Positions 50,001 through 62,460 of a DNA stretch of 64,000 bases are shown here, piece after piece. Within the stretch, counting starts at the first letter, position 1; the number at the start of each line of letters is the position of its first letter. The stretch spans positions 325,624,001 through 325,688,000 of the forward strand of contig OZ024740.1 in the NCBI GenBank assembly GCA_964016885.1. Reading direction: 5' to 3'. The DNA comes from Eledone cirrhosa. Its lineage: Eukaryota. Position numbers and translations under genes: made by a program. A model generated the notes under the pieces. That model worked only from the letters and a program-made list of their open reading frames with translations, was not told the DNA's origin and ran no database searches.

Positions 50001-53000
50001 AAAAATTGTAAATAAATACCTGGCATAAAATCATTGACAGGCAAGAAAAAGGGCTGTGATTTGTCCTGTTCCCTAATATTTTTCAACCATTTGTGTACTG
50101 TCATATGTCCCATGTGATTCATACATGTTTGTGTTTTGTTTCAATTTCCACTCACATCATTACATTTGATTTAATATATACACATAGTTTGAATATGAGA
50201 CATAGTGAGAGTGGTAGGGGAGGAGGAGGCTCAGGTGGGAGTAAGGCTGGTTGAGATAGGTAATCAAGGATAGGTGGTGGTGTAGTGGTGGTGGTGTGGG
50301 TGGTGGTGGTGGTGGTGGTGGTGGTGTAGTGGTGCTGGTGTGGGTGGTGGTGGTGCTGGTGGTGTAGTGGTGCTGGTGTGGGTGATGGTGGTGGTGGTGG
50401 TGTAGTGGTGGTGGTGTGGGTGGTGGTGGTGGTGGTGGTGTAGTGGTGGTGGTGTGGGTGGTGGTGGTGGTGGTGGTGTAGTGGTGCTGGTGTGGGTGGT
50501 GGTGGTGCTGGTGGTGTAGTGGTGCTGGTGTGGGTGATGGTGGTAGTGGTGGTGTAGTGGTGCTGGTGTATGTGGTGGTGGTGGTGTGGGTGGTAGTGGT
50601 GCTGGTGGTGGTGTAGTGGTGATGGTGTGGGTGATGGTGGTGGTGGTGGTGTAGTGGTGCTGGTGTATGTGGTGGTGGTGGTGTGGGTGGTAGTGGTGCT
50701 GGTGGTGGTGTAGTGGTGCTGGTGTGGGTGATGGTGGTGGTGGTGTAGTGGTGCTGGTGTGGATGATGTAGTGGAGCTGGTGTGGGTGATGGTGGTGGTG
50801 GTGGTGGTAGTGGTGGTGGTGGTGGTGGTAGTGGTGCTGGTGGTGGTGGTGATGCTGGTGGTCATGGTGGTGGTGTTGATGTTGTTGGTGGTGGTGGTCG
50901 TCGTCGTTGTGATGCTGGTCGTGGTCGTGGTAATGCTGGTGGTGGTGGTACTGCTGCTGCTGCTGGTGATGTAGTGATGCTGGTAGTGATCGTGATGATG
51001 ATGATTGTAACTGTAATTCAAAGTTTCACCCATGTAGCATATGGGATCACACTGAATCTCCCTGACAATTATGTTAAGGGTACACGTGTCTGTGGAATGC
51101 TCAACCACTTACATTATAACACAAGATAGACTGTACCTGTAATTCAAAGGCACAGCCTTGTCACTCACTGTGCCATGCTGAATCTCCCTGAGAATTATGT
51201 TAAGGGTCCTTGTGTCTATGGAGTGCTCAGCCACTTAGACTAAAATATATGATGAATTTTAACTGTAATTCAGATGTCCAACTATGTAAAATATTGAATC
51301 CCACTGGATCTCCCTGAGAAATTACATTAACAATACACATGTCTTTGGAATACCTAGCTATTTGTATGTTAATTTCTCAAACAGTTTATTCCATTGACTG
51401 AACAACAGGAACACTCATCATCATCATCATCATCATCATCTTCATAATCATCTAATATCCACCTTCCAAACTAGAATGGGTAGGATGGGCTGTACCTTTG
51501 TGAGGGATCAAGTTGGGGGACCGTGATTCGCTCACACAGAACTCATCTATATATAAATTTAAGCGACTTCCGTCACACGATGTGTATGTGTGTTTGTGTG
51601 AATGTATGTGTGTGTGAATGCATGTGTGCGTGTGAATGTATCATCATCATCATCATCACCGTTTTACGTCCGTTCTTCCACGCTAGCATGGGTTAGACGG
51701 ACATGTGTGTGTGTTTGCGTGAATGTATGTGTGTGTATGTTTGTGTGAATGTATGTGTGTGTGTGTGTGTGTGTGTGAATGTATGTGTGTCTGCGTTTGT
51801 TTGTGTGAATGTATGTGTATTTATGTGACTGACTGTATGTCTGTGCGTCTGTGTTTGAGCTTTTATATTTATATACTCATACATATAAATGTATGCATAA
51901 GCACATACACACACGCACATACATATAATCACATACCCGCCAGTGTGTTGAAAAAAATCCCAGTCACTGAAGCAGTGGGAGAAGGAGGGGACAAATATCA
52001 AATGAAAATCTACCTGCCACTTTGTATTAATGCCTCAGCCCTGGTTTGTAAGAGGGCAAAGAACCGCAGTTTAAAGAAGTGCCGATCATCGTTATCAGGG
52101 CCATATCGTGGACAGTAGACATTGATGATAGCCACTTGACCACAGCTGCCATCAGTATACCTATAAGACAACAGACAATAGACAACATTAACCCTTTCAT
52201 TACCATACAGGGTGAATCATAAGTAACCAGGCAATCCAACATACATATTTCAAATAATTATTTACTAAAATTCTGGTCATACATTACGAAATTATAAATA
52301 CATCAAGCAAAAGTAGTTTAAAAATATATAATCATAGCTGATCACACACAAATAAGCGGATGTTAGAAAGTTATCTGTGAACCTTGCAATAAAAATGCAT
52401 TGACTGCCCAGTTACTTATAACTCACCCTGTATTTCTAAAGAAAAACACTGCCTATGGTTTACAAATAATTTTGTTTTGAAAATATTCAAGAAATTAGAG
52501 GGATATAGTAAAATAACTAACTTTCACATTTTATTAACCTGGTGTTTGGAAAAAAATTAACAAAGGCTCCAGCATAGAATTATGATGGAAGGTTTTTCAC
52601 TAAATATTGACACTTTAATCTGTTCCTTACCATATCTCTAATGAAATACGGCCTAAGGATTCAAATAATTTCGAAAATAATCAAGAATTTGGAAAGATTT
52701 AGTAATATAAGTAATATTCTCATTATTACATTGATGCTTGGAACATAACTTAACAAAGGTTCCTACATGGTTATGACAGATAGTTATAAACATTATAAAA
52801 ATAAATAGTTTTGTATTTTAGACTCCATACTGCAAGATCGGAACGTCAGCATCCCATCTGAGGAAGGAGCTTCACAAAGTGGAGTTGCTGTTGCAGTGGG
52901 TGTTGCTGGCCATTGTCCGTGGAAATGCTTTTAAGGTCTTGTCAGCGGGACCCAAAGCCCATCACCCACCCTATTCTCACTCCCATTCTTCTGTGACCCT

Positions 53001-56000
53001 AGAGCCCTTGAATTTCCCTAACATTTCCATTTATAAAGTTAATTATAATATATAATGGGCTTTGGATTGGCAGGGTCTGTGTAGCATCAAACACCATTCT
53101 TTGTGACATAGAGTTACGGCCCTTTACGTTATGATTTCAAATCCCGCCGAGGTTAGCTTTGCCTTTCATCCTTAGGGGGTTGATAAAATAAAGTACCAGT
53201 CACACACTGGGGTCGATTTAATCGATTTTCCCCTTACTTTCAAATTGCTGGCCTTGTGCCAGAACATCACTGATTTTCTACAGAATTTCAAATGAAGCCT
53301 TTCAGAACTAATTTGGTATTAAATCATCATCATCATCATCATTGTTTAACGTCCATCTTCCACGCTTGCACGGGTTTGGACGGGAGTTTTCCTACTTGAG
53401 GCAAGAGTGGTTGTCTTGCTCGCATAGGATTGTCTGGCGGGTTTTCTACGGCTGGATGCCCTTCCTAACACCAACCACGTTTACAGTGTGGACTGGGAGG
53501 TTTTTACCGTGTTACCTACACGGCCACATTACAGCGTGGACTGTGTGTTTTTTTGTCGTGACACCTACACGACCTCATTTGTTTCGGACTGGATGTTATG
53601 GTACCAACATAACTTTACATTGAAAGGGGTGGTGTGGATGGGGTGGGGGTAGTGGGACGGGGGTGTATTTTGTTAGAGGTGCCTACTAACTGTAGTAGGT
53701 TTCACTTTGTACTTAGGTAAGGCGGGTCTTCTGTATTACTGTGTAGCGTCAAAGATCTTGGTCCAGTGACATTGTCTTGGAGAGGTGTAAGTGTGTGAGG
53801 TCGGAATTTATCAAGTCGTCCCAGGTTTTTCTGGGTCTGCCTACTCCGTGGCTACTGTCTATTTTTATACAGCTGTCGTCTTTCATGCGCATCACGTGAC
53901 CATACCAACGTAGTCTTCTCTCGAGTAAACAACATCTGATCCCTCTTATTTCTAATTTTTCCCTTAGTTCGTTTATGCTTTGCCGTTCACATATATTACT
54001 ATTACACATCCAGTGGAGCATGCAAGCTTCGTTCCTCTCCAGTCTGCGTATATCCTCTGCACACAATGCCCAGGTCTCACTGCCATGTAACATTGCTTTC
54101 CATATGCAGGCATCATACAGCCTGCCTTTCATTTTTAGAGAGAACCCTTTAGCTGTTAATAGTGGTATAAGCTCTCTGAACTTTTTCCATCCAGTTTTGA
54201 CTCTAGCTACTGTACTTTCAGAGCACCCTCCACCACTGCTGATTTTGTCACCCAAGTAACGGAAGGTCTCCACTATTTCTATAGAACCATCTGTGCAATG
54301 GAATGAGCTAGTATTCTGTGGGCACTTGCTGCTACTTATTGCACCAGAGCACCGGCCACATATAAAATCTATGTTCTTAGTTCGCTTACCTGTGATCCCA
54401 ATACATCTTTTATGCACCTATACTTTGCATTTGGGACATAAAATGAAGTTTCTACCTACTCCTTTCCTACACACTGAGCATGGCCATTTCCCTGATGGGA
54501 CCGGTGCCCTATTTTCCTTCCTACAAACTAGAACTTTAGTCTTAGACAGGTTAATTTTAAGGCCTTTTGATTCTAGGCCATGCTTCCATGTTTGGAATTT
54601 CTTCTCTAGTTCGGCCATTGATTCAGCTATGAGCGTTAGATCATCTGGATATAGGAGTTCCCATGGGCAGACGGTCTTGAACTCCACTATTATAGCCTGA
54701 AGGGCAATAATAAATAGTAGGGGGTGTTAATTAAATGTCAATAATTAAAAACTATATTATATAATGTGGAAAGTAATAGAAGATGGATGGTAAAGAAACA
54801 AAACAAAGATTACCAGGTAATTTACTTTTTCGTTACCTTCATCTTACCACCCATTTTGCATTGTTTCGCCTTATACCACGCCTTCTATATACAATGCTTC
54901 AAGCAAACTACATTTTATTTTTAAAATAATCAATTAACCCTTTAGCATTTGCATTACTCTATATATACTATTGTATTTTCACAGTAAAGGCTTTATCTTA
55001 TATAATTATCTCACATAATATCGAATATATGAGATTTCGATGTCATTTATTTTGAGAACAATACCTTAACATCGGTATGAGTGACCGGTTACAGTTGGTT
55101 TGAACAGAAAGAGGTGACAGAATTCTGGCTGGATACAGCCAGTTTAACCCTTTAGCATTTAAACTGGCCATATCCGGCCAGAATTCTCTCACCTCTTTCT
55201 GTTTAAACTGGCCATAACTGTCCACTCATACCGATGTTAAGGTATTGTTCTCAAAATAAATAGCATCAAAATCTCATATAGTCAATATCATGTAAGATAA
55301 TTATATAAGATAAAGCCTTTACCATGAAAATACCATAGTAATGTAAATGCACTAGTGCGTGTAAAGTAAATGTTAAAGTGTTAAATGGTAAAGAGTTAAA
55401 TGTAAAAGTGTTGAGTAAATAATACCTGACGTCATGTTGTGTTATCACAGCCCGACCTTCAGCATCGAGAGAATCAAGTTCCTCTTTTGTAAATTCATTA
55501 AGATCACCATAGCAACCAACAACATCATCGTCAACTCCATTTTTGTTAAGTGTTCCTGATAAACCTTCTTCAGCTTTAACTGGGAGGCAGTGGTCTTTAC
55601 AGTAGGTAACTACACCTGGCGAACAACAGCAGCAACAATAATAACAGTTTTTAAAAGGATTTGTTTGTTAATAAATAATTGAGACATAAATTACAAACAC
55701 TGAGCATCATCTTCACCATCATCATCATCATCGTCATCATCACCAATGTCATCATCATCACCAATGTCATCATCATCATCATTACCATTGTCATCATCAT
55801 CATCACTATTGTCATCATCACCATTATCATCATCATCATCATCATCATCATTCTACTTCTTTTCCTGCTAGCAAGAGTTAGATGGGTTTTCAGAAACTGA
55901 GTTAGTACTCAAGTAGGGCGGTTGGCTAAGGATCTGGGTGTCACAGACATACAATCCTATGCTCTACTGGATGCATTTTATCATAACACCAGTACTAGGG

Positions 56001-59000
56001 AAGTTGCTGTCCTTGACACAGCTGAAGAGCTTGCCAACTCTTTGTTTGGCATGTTTTCTAAGGCTGGATGCACCTCCTATCACCAACCACTTTACAGCAT
56101 GTACAGGATGCATTTATCATGTAAATCACCTGCACTAGAGAGTTTGTTGTGCGATTGAGACAATTGAAGGTTCTTTTCAACCCTTTTTGACATGATTTCT
56201 ACAGCAGGTTGCCCTTCCTATAGCCAGCCACCTTACAGGGTGCACTGAGTGTATTTTCATGGCACCAGCACTAGAGAGGTTGATGGGCGTTGGTTCAAAT
56301 GAAAAGCCCTCTCGGCTCTATGGAGGGGGTGATAGAGAGAAGGAAGATAAGTATGATGTTATGGGTGGATGACAAGTGTTGTTGGTATTTGACAGGGTGA
56401 CCTCAGATAGAGAGCAGGGTCACAGGCGTGTCAGGGTTTTAGAGGGGGGAGTGTAATGGTGAGAATAGCAACAAAGGGAATGATTGTAGAGGGGGCATGG
56501 ATGGAGTGGTGAATAGCATAGTGGTGGGGTACTCACTCATCTGTCAGGACTTTAGGTAGGAGGGTGTAATGATTGCAGGGGAATAGCTAAGGAGTGATAG
56601 AGGAGGGAAGTATGGATGGAGTGGTGAGGGGCACAGGGATGAAGAGAGTAGCTAGTAAGGAACAATAGTGGTGGTGGTATGGATGGTGTGTACAATGATA
56701 ATGAGGATAATGAATTATAGGGGAGGGGAATATATGAAGTAGGAGTGTACAGTGGTGAGGATAACTACTAAGGAGTGTTAGTGGAGGGGGGGGGAGGCAT
56801 GGAGATGTCCCAGATCAGATTTTATACTGGTAGGTGAGTCTTCACAGTATGTTGCCACAGCTCTTTAAGGCTGGTCTTCACTGCTTCATCCCATGTCTTC
56901 CCAGATCTGCCTCTTCCACAGGCCCCATCCACTGAGATTTCTCTGCATTTCTTTTTACAGCTGACATCTTCCATACACATTGCATGCCCATACCAGAGCA
57001 GTCTTCTCTCTTGCTCACAAAACCCAATTCCTCTTATGCCAAATTTTTCTCTCAGCTCTCTTATGAGCCATCATTTATGTACATTAACATTACATATCCA
57101 CTGAAGTATACTTGCTTCGTTTCTTTGTATTCTTCACAGGTTTCTGCAGTCAAGCTCCATGTCTGACTGCTATGCTGCATTGCAACTTGCATACAGACAT
57201 CATACAATCCACCCTTCACTTGGAAAGAGAAGCCCTTTGTTGTAAGCAAAGCTAGCAAGAAGAACAGACATATGATGATGATGATGATGATATACATGAT
57301 GGACTTCTATACAGTTTCCATCCACCAAATTTTATTACCATATATACTCATGTAAAAGTTGACACCCTATTTTTAACTCAATGTGTTCTGTGGAAGACCT
57401 GTAGTCCCCTATGAAAGACAGTCTCCCCTCTCCATGATAGCAATATTGTCTAAGGGAAAGGCTTAGTCCAATATAGCTTAACACCAGTGTTATCACAACA
57501 CTGAGTGAACTAGAGTAACATAAAATAAAGTGTCTTGCTCAAGGACATAATACACTGCCCAGTCTAGGATCAAACTCAGGACCTTACAATGATGAAACCA
57601 GCACCCTAACCACAAAGCCCTATACCTTTACAGTGGAAAGTATTACTTACCTGAGTAACCACTTCTTTTACGTGAGAAACTAAAATAAGCATTGTAGCCC
57701 TCCACTATAGCTGTCATCTCATCCATCATGTCACCTGTGAATCAAGAAAAGAAATATATCTTATGATAAACTGTACACTCTGAAAAGTGGTGGTGCTGGT
57801 ACCACGATAAAATGCACCCAATACACTTTGTATAGTGGTAGTGCTGATGCCACAATAAAATGCACCCAATACAATCTATATATATAGTTATAGTGTTGAT
57901 ATCACAATAGAATGCACGCAATATGCTCTATATAATGATAGTGCTGGTGCCACAATAAAATGCACCCAATATGCTCTGTATAGTGGTAGTGCTGGTGCCA
58001 CAATAAAATGCACCCAATATGCTCTATATAATGATAGTGCTGATGCCACAATAAAATGCACCCAATACACTATGTATAGTGGTAGTGCTGGTGCCACAAT
58101 AAAATACACCCAATACACTATGTATAGTGGTAGTGCTGATGCCACAATAAAATGCACCCAATACACTATGTATAGTGGTAGTGCTGATGCCACAATAAAA
58201 TGCACCCAATACACTATGTATAGTGGTAGTGCTGGTGCCACAATAAAATGCACCCAATACACTATGTATAGTGGTAGTGCTGATGCCACAATAAAATGCA
58301 CCCAATACACTATGTATAGTGGTAGTGCTGGTGCCACAATAAAATGCACCCAATACACTCTGTATAGTGGTAGTGCTGGTGCCACAATAAAATGCACCCA
58401 ATACACTCTGTATAGTGGTAGTGCTGGTGCCACAATAAAATGCACCCAATACACTCTGTATAGTGGTAGTGCTGCCGTCAAAATGAATTGTACTCAGTAA
58501 ACCTGGGAATGAAGAAAAGAAATATATTTCATGTGCATGAATGTTGAAACTTGGTTAAGCAAAGATTAGACTTTTCATACACATATACCCAGTATTGACT
58601 CCTCTTTTTATCAGTAAATGTTGTTGTTGATTATAAAATAGACCTCTATCATTTCAACAGAACAGCTTGCTCATTAAATTAGCATACAAGTGGCTGAGCA
58701 TTCCACAGATAGGTATATCCTTAACATAATTTTCATGAAGATTCAGCTTGACTCAGTAAATGACAAGACTGAATTACAGGTATAGTCCAACTGATGGACT
58801 TCCAAACAGTTTCTGTCTACCCAATTTCACTCACATGGCATGGTTCAACCCAATGCTATGGTAAATGACATTTGTCTAAGAAGCCATGCTGTGGGATCAG
58901 ACCTAAAAGTTACAGAGCAAACTTCTTAACCATTTTGTCATACTGCATCCATATCATTTATTATCAACCATTAACATAACATGTATGTCCTTTGCTGGCA

Positions 59001-60947
59001 ATTGATATTGTACAATCAATGAGTTCTTGTATGATCAATTTTGGAGCCAGCTAGACTGCCCAGGAGTCAATAGGAAGGTGCCTGGTGGTCTTACCCTTTG
59101 CCCTTGGGTTAGAGGTAGATGCCTCATATAGGATACTACAGTCAACAACTCCTTTGCTCCTTCTCACAATCTGGATGCTACAAAGAATATGTTGGTCACT
59201 ACCAGAGGTGTAACAAGAGAAAATAGCACCTATGGCAAGCATTGAAATTGCGCACCTCCCCATGCAGCAAGCTATGTAAGACAATGGGATTGACAGTGCA
59301 ATTTAAATAAATGAGGGTTTAGGGTATTAAAATGCATTTTCATTTGTTCTACAGGTACCATTTACACTTAAGTATACATAAAGTATTGGCAAAAGTGTTT
59401 GTGCATTGGAGTGATCTGTGTAATATTGATCTTTGAAAAATATTAAAACCCTATTAAAATATTATGAGCCATTCTATGAGGTATGCCTCTGTGATCATGT
59501 AATTCTCAACACTATTTTTATCTATGAGCCTAATAATTTATATAAATGGTTTAATGATCCAGCCACCATAGTGCTTCTCACCCATGATAATCAAAGACAG
59601 ATCATACATCTGAAGAAGTTTCTTTTTTCACTCTCTGACGATAACTTATCTGACTTTAATAGAATGTGTCCTAATCCTGGTAGCGCCCTTTTTCAAGTGG
59701 CGCCCAAGGCACATGTCATGCTTGCCATACTCTAGATACACCTCTGGTCACTACATCCAAAACCAAATGGAATAAATTTCTGAAATACAGTAATTTATTA
59801 GTAAATTGTATTTTTCAGTCTACATGTTGGTTCAGTTTTAAACTCAGACAAATTTTACTTGAAAGACTTCTTCATGCATATATACACCCAATTTTGAGTC
59901 CTCCTTTCGTCGATAAATGTTTGTTACTATTCATTTATTAACAGGTCATTATTGTTACGTCTCACACCTATGCAGGTTTAGCCGGCCACCTACGAGGAAG
60001 TTATTCGGGTGTTTTAATAGTAGGGACCCCAGTTCTATCATCTTGTTGCTGTTAGAGCTCACACTTATCTAGATTTAGCTGGCCTCAGTCCTATCATGTC
60101 ATTGTAAACCTTACGTTGGGTTTAGTTGCCCTTCGACGAGATTGCATCTCACAGGACTCTTGAGTATTTTAATGTTAGGGACACCCAGATCTACTCAGGT
60201 TTAGCTGGCCTCCTACGAGATTATATATAGCAGGAAGTTTCTTGGGTATTTTAATCATAGGAGCCGCAGTCCTATCACGAAAGATTACATGAAATAAAGC
60301 GTTTTGTGCGAGAACAAATACACCACCTGATCTAGGAATCGAACCCTTGAAAATGTGTGTCTTTTGCTGATATTGTACAATCAATCGGTACCTTAAATTG
60401 ACTCGTATAAGGCAACGTTCAATATCACCTACTGAAACTACAGTGGTACGATAGAACGGTAGTAAACAGACAGTTTAAAACAAATATGAAATGATAATAC
60501 TAGCATCTTATATCTTTTGTAAAACATCATGGTCACAGCTGACAGAATTGTGAATGTGTCACCCCGAAGGATAGCGAGGAAGATGTACTCAAAGGACAGA
60601 ACTGTGAATGTGTTAAACCAGGAATATAGTGAAGGAGATGTGACGAAAGGAGAGATTTGTGAATGTGTTACCTCAGAGCATAGTGAAGATGTACTGAAAC
60701 GAGAGATTTGTGAATGTGTTACCTCAAAATATAATGAAGATGTGCTGAAAGAACCATTCCAATTCGTAGGTTTTCGATCTTGCTTAAAATTATATATAAA
60801 TACATGAAAATTATATGAAATTTCAAACTCACGAGTGATCTTAGTTTCCTGGAAACAAATAATATCGGCTTGTAAAGATTCCAGTAACTGGGGAATTGGT
60901 ATTTTGCTGGCTCGTATGCCATTAATATTCCACGTTAATAACTTCAT
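45927..60947 (-). CDS. APEX2: AP endonuclease 2 (APE2), six coding exons, 1716 nt / 571 aa
   Basis: join(complement 60833-60947, 57651-57734, 55426-55615, 52014-52160, 49354-49423, 45927-47036). All introns GT-AG with compatible phases (1,1,2,2,0). EEP motifs WNING, QETK, GYSGV, NVYCP, GDLN, RLDY, SDH; PIP-like motifs; C-terminal Zf-GRF. Confidence 0.96.
47258..49020 (-). mobile_element. Old RTE-like LINE 3' portion with (CAT)n tail and 3'-UTR minisatellite (APEX2 intron 5)
   Basis: WPCSVCRKGVGRN..FCYLGD homology; tandem 47-mers at about 47480-47880. Confidence 0.85.
49354..49423 (-). CDS. APEX2: APEX2 coding exon 5
   Basis: (S)HVIILGDLNTTHQNIDHCEPDSE; tttcag / gtcagt. Confidence 0.94.
49820..49962 (-). 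mobile_element. tRNA-derived SINE, 5'-truncated, same family as 3882-4070
   Basis: Near-identical core and 3' end. Confidence 0.8.
50273..51005. repeat. Compound (GGT)n-based repeat in APEX2 intron 4
   Basis: GGT runs punctuated by gtagtggtgctggtgtgggt; source of ORF 50152..51108. Confidence 0.93.
52014..52160 (-). CDS. APEX2: APEX2 coding exon 4
   Basis: YTDGSCGQVAIINVYCPRYGPDNDDRHFFKLRFFALLQTRAEALIQSG; ttatag / gtagat. Confidence 0.94.
53055..53265 (+). mobile_element. tRNA-derived SINE, same family as 3882-4070
   Basis: ttcaaatcccgccgaggttagctttgcctttcatcc...gataaaataaagtaccagt...ggccttgtgcc. Confidence 0.75.
53324..54725 (-). mobile_element. 5'-truncated RTE-like LINE (RT C-terminal half, 3' UTR, (ATG)n tail) in APEX2 intron 3
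   Basis: PWELLYPDDL, FRYLGD, LHGSETW, RLRWYGHVMRM, GRPRKTW; internal stop codon. Confidence 0.92.
54934..55399. mobile_element. Two piggyBac-like (TTAA) MITEs, one nested in the other in opposite orientation
   Basis: Outer element TTAA 54934-54937 and 55396-55399; inner 55148-55380 flanked by TTAA; both begin CCCTTTAGCATTT. Confidence 0.8.
55426..55615 (-). CDS. APEX2: APEX2 coding exon 3
   Basis: (G)VVTYCKDHCLPVKAEEGLSG...ELDSLDAEGRAVITQHDV(R); cgccag / gtatta. Confidence 0.95.
55705..57255 (-). mobile_element. (CAT)n tail plus highly degenerate RTE-like LINE 3' end (APEX2 intron 2)
   Basis: LLTTKGFSFQVKGGLYD homology at about 57100-57255; 3'-UTR motifs; CAT tract at 55705-55852. Confidence 0.7.
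57480..57620 (-). mobile_element. Degenerate tRNA-derived SINE (CORE-like)
   Basis: aagtgtcttgctcaaggacat core-like segment and a tRNA-like head. Confidence 0.55.
57651..57734 (-). CDS. APEX2: APEX2 coding exon 2
   Basis: (R)DMMDEMTAIVEGYNAYFSFSRKRSGYS(G); tcacag / gtaagt. Confidence 0.95.
57787..58475. repeat. 48-bp minisatellite, about 14 copies, near the 3' end of APEX2 intron 1
   Basis: Unit gtgctggtgccacaataaaatgcacccaatacactatgtatagtggta. Confidence 0.95.
60545..60750. repeat. Degenerate 51-55-bp tandem repeat, about 4 units
   Basis: gaatgtgt recurs at about 60552, 60606, 60661 and 60712. Confidence 0.65.
60833..60947 (-). CDS. APEX2: APEX2 coding exon 1
   Basis: MKLLTWNINGIRASKIPIPQLLESLQADIICFQETKIT(R); donor gtgagt. 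Confidence 0.95.
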
Positions 60948-60976
60948 GTTTCCGCGGTAAATAACGTCTTTTAGAC

Positions 60977-61051
60977 AAGTTATCTTCCTTCTGTGAGCAC
61001 TCTTTTACAAGGGAAGTAAGCCAGTCAGAAAATATTAGAGTTACTTCCCTT
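60977..61051. promoter_or_regulatory. Candidate APEX2 promoter motif cluster (GGGAAGTAACTC-like, three copies)
   Basis: aagttatcttcctt, aagggaagtaag and gagttacttccctt within 105 bp of the ATG; the last two form an 11-bp inverted repeat. Confidence 0.45.
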
Positions 61052-61196
61052 AGACTAATAACTAAAACAGATAGAGGTTTTTTTTGTGTGTATGGTCGGT
61101 CATGATTCTGCAGACCTGTGGAGGAAACATATTCCAGCTGTGATCATTTCCTTTTTATTAGACACAGTATTTATTTTTACCACCATGTATATATAT

Positions 61197-62450
61197 ATCA
61201 TCATCATCATCATCGTGATCATCATCATCATCTTTAACGTCCATTTGTCTCCGTTAGCATGGTTACACGAATTGTGACCTTTGTGATCAAGTCAGGTCAG
61301 ATGACCAAGTCTTATTCATACAGAACTGTTTTGGGGGCTTGGTTTCTACGGCTGGATGGTTTCTACGGCTTCCTAACGCCAACCACATTTACAGCGTTGA
61401 CTTGGTGCTTTTACGACCAATACGACCACTTTACAGTGCGGACGAGGCGCTTTTTGTCATAAGATCTACTTGAACACTTTACAGTGTGGACTGGACGCAT
61501 TTTATTGTGTCACCAACACGACCACTTTACAGTGTGGAGTGAGCGCTTTTTGTCATGACCCCATCACTACTTTACAGGGTAGACTGGGCGCTTTTTGTCG
61601 TGTCTCTAAAATGGTCACACTACAAGGTGGACTGGGCACTTTAAGCATGTCACCTAACCACCTACACCATAGGGCTGGCTGGGTGCCTTGAGTCATGCCA
61701 CCAACACGCCCACTTTACAAATTGAGCTTCGTGCCACCTATCATGTTTCCAACAGGGTGGACACGAGGCTTTTGTTGTGTCACCAGCATGACCCTTACTT
61801 AGCGGGCTGAGAACTATTAGGTATTTGCCAATTCAGCAGCATTGTGGGAGAGCGTATTCACCTTTCCAAGCTTGTTGGTCAAGAGAGGTGGTCAAATGTG
61901 GAAAATGGAGATGTGGGTGGAAGGTGAGGATTGGGAAGGTAGGTCTAGGGTGTGATACTTAGGTGGTGAAGGGTGAAGTGTTAAGACGTAGGAGGGACAT
62001 GGAAAGGAGAAGTGGTGCATACTAGAGACTGCTAGTAATTTCATCCTGTGCACATAGGAAGGTGGGTCTTCTGCAGTAATGTATGGAGGGGCAGGAAATG
62101 AAGTGGTGTATATTAGAGGCTACAAGATGTTACAACAACCCTTGCTCCTGGGTGGGGGGGGGGGTCTTCTACAGTAGTGCATAATGTCAGAGATCTCGAT
62201 CCTGTGACATCAACTTTGTAAGGTGAAATTGTATGAGGTTAGCTTTTATCACCTCATCCCAAACTTTTCTTGGTCTACCTCTTCCATAGCTTCCATCAAC
62301 TTTGAGCACCCTGCACATTTTTATACAGCTGTCATCCTTCACATACATTATACGTCCATATCACCACAATCTCCTCTCTTGCACACTACATCTGATCCCT
62401 ATTATGCCCAGTTTCTCTTTCAGTTCATTTACGCTTTGATATTCATATAT
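61197..62450 (-). mobile_element. Old RTE-like LINE 3' end with minisatellite 3' UTR; resumes at about 63915 after a younger insertion
   Basis: (CAT)n tail, ccactttacagtgtggactgg repeats, degenerate ORF end at 62160-62450. Confidence 0.7.
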
Positions 62451-62460
62451 ATTACTATTA

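Noticed and set aside
50152-51108. 318-aa Thr/His/Pro-rich mucin-like ORF
   Set aside because: Trinucleotide-based repeat inside APEX2 intron 4; stop-free because of its composition.
60438-60832. Continuation of the exon 1 ORF as a 169-aa protein
   Set aside because: APE2 homology ends at a consensus gtgagt donor; the rest is intron containing a tandem repeat.
45927-60947. Treating the AP-endonuclease exons as a LINE APE domain, or as functionally linked to the tRNA array
   Set aside because: The spliced six-exon structure with Zf-GRF identifies the host APEX2 gene; nothing beyond adjacency links it to the array.
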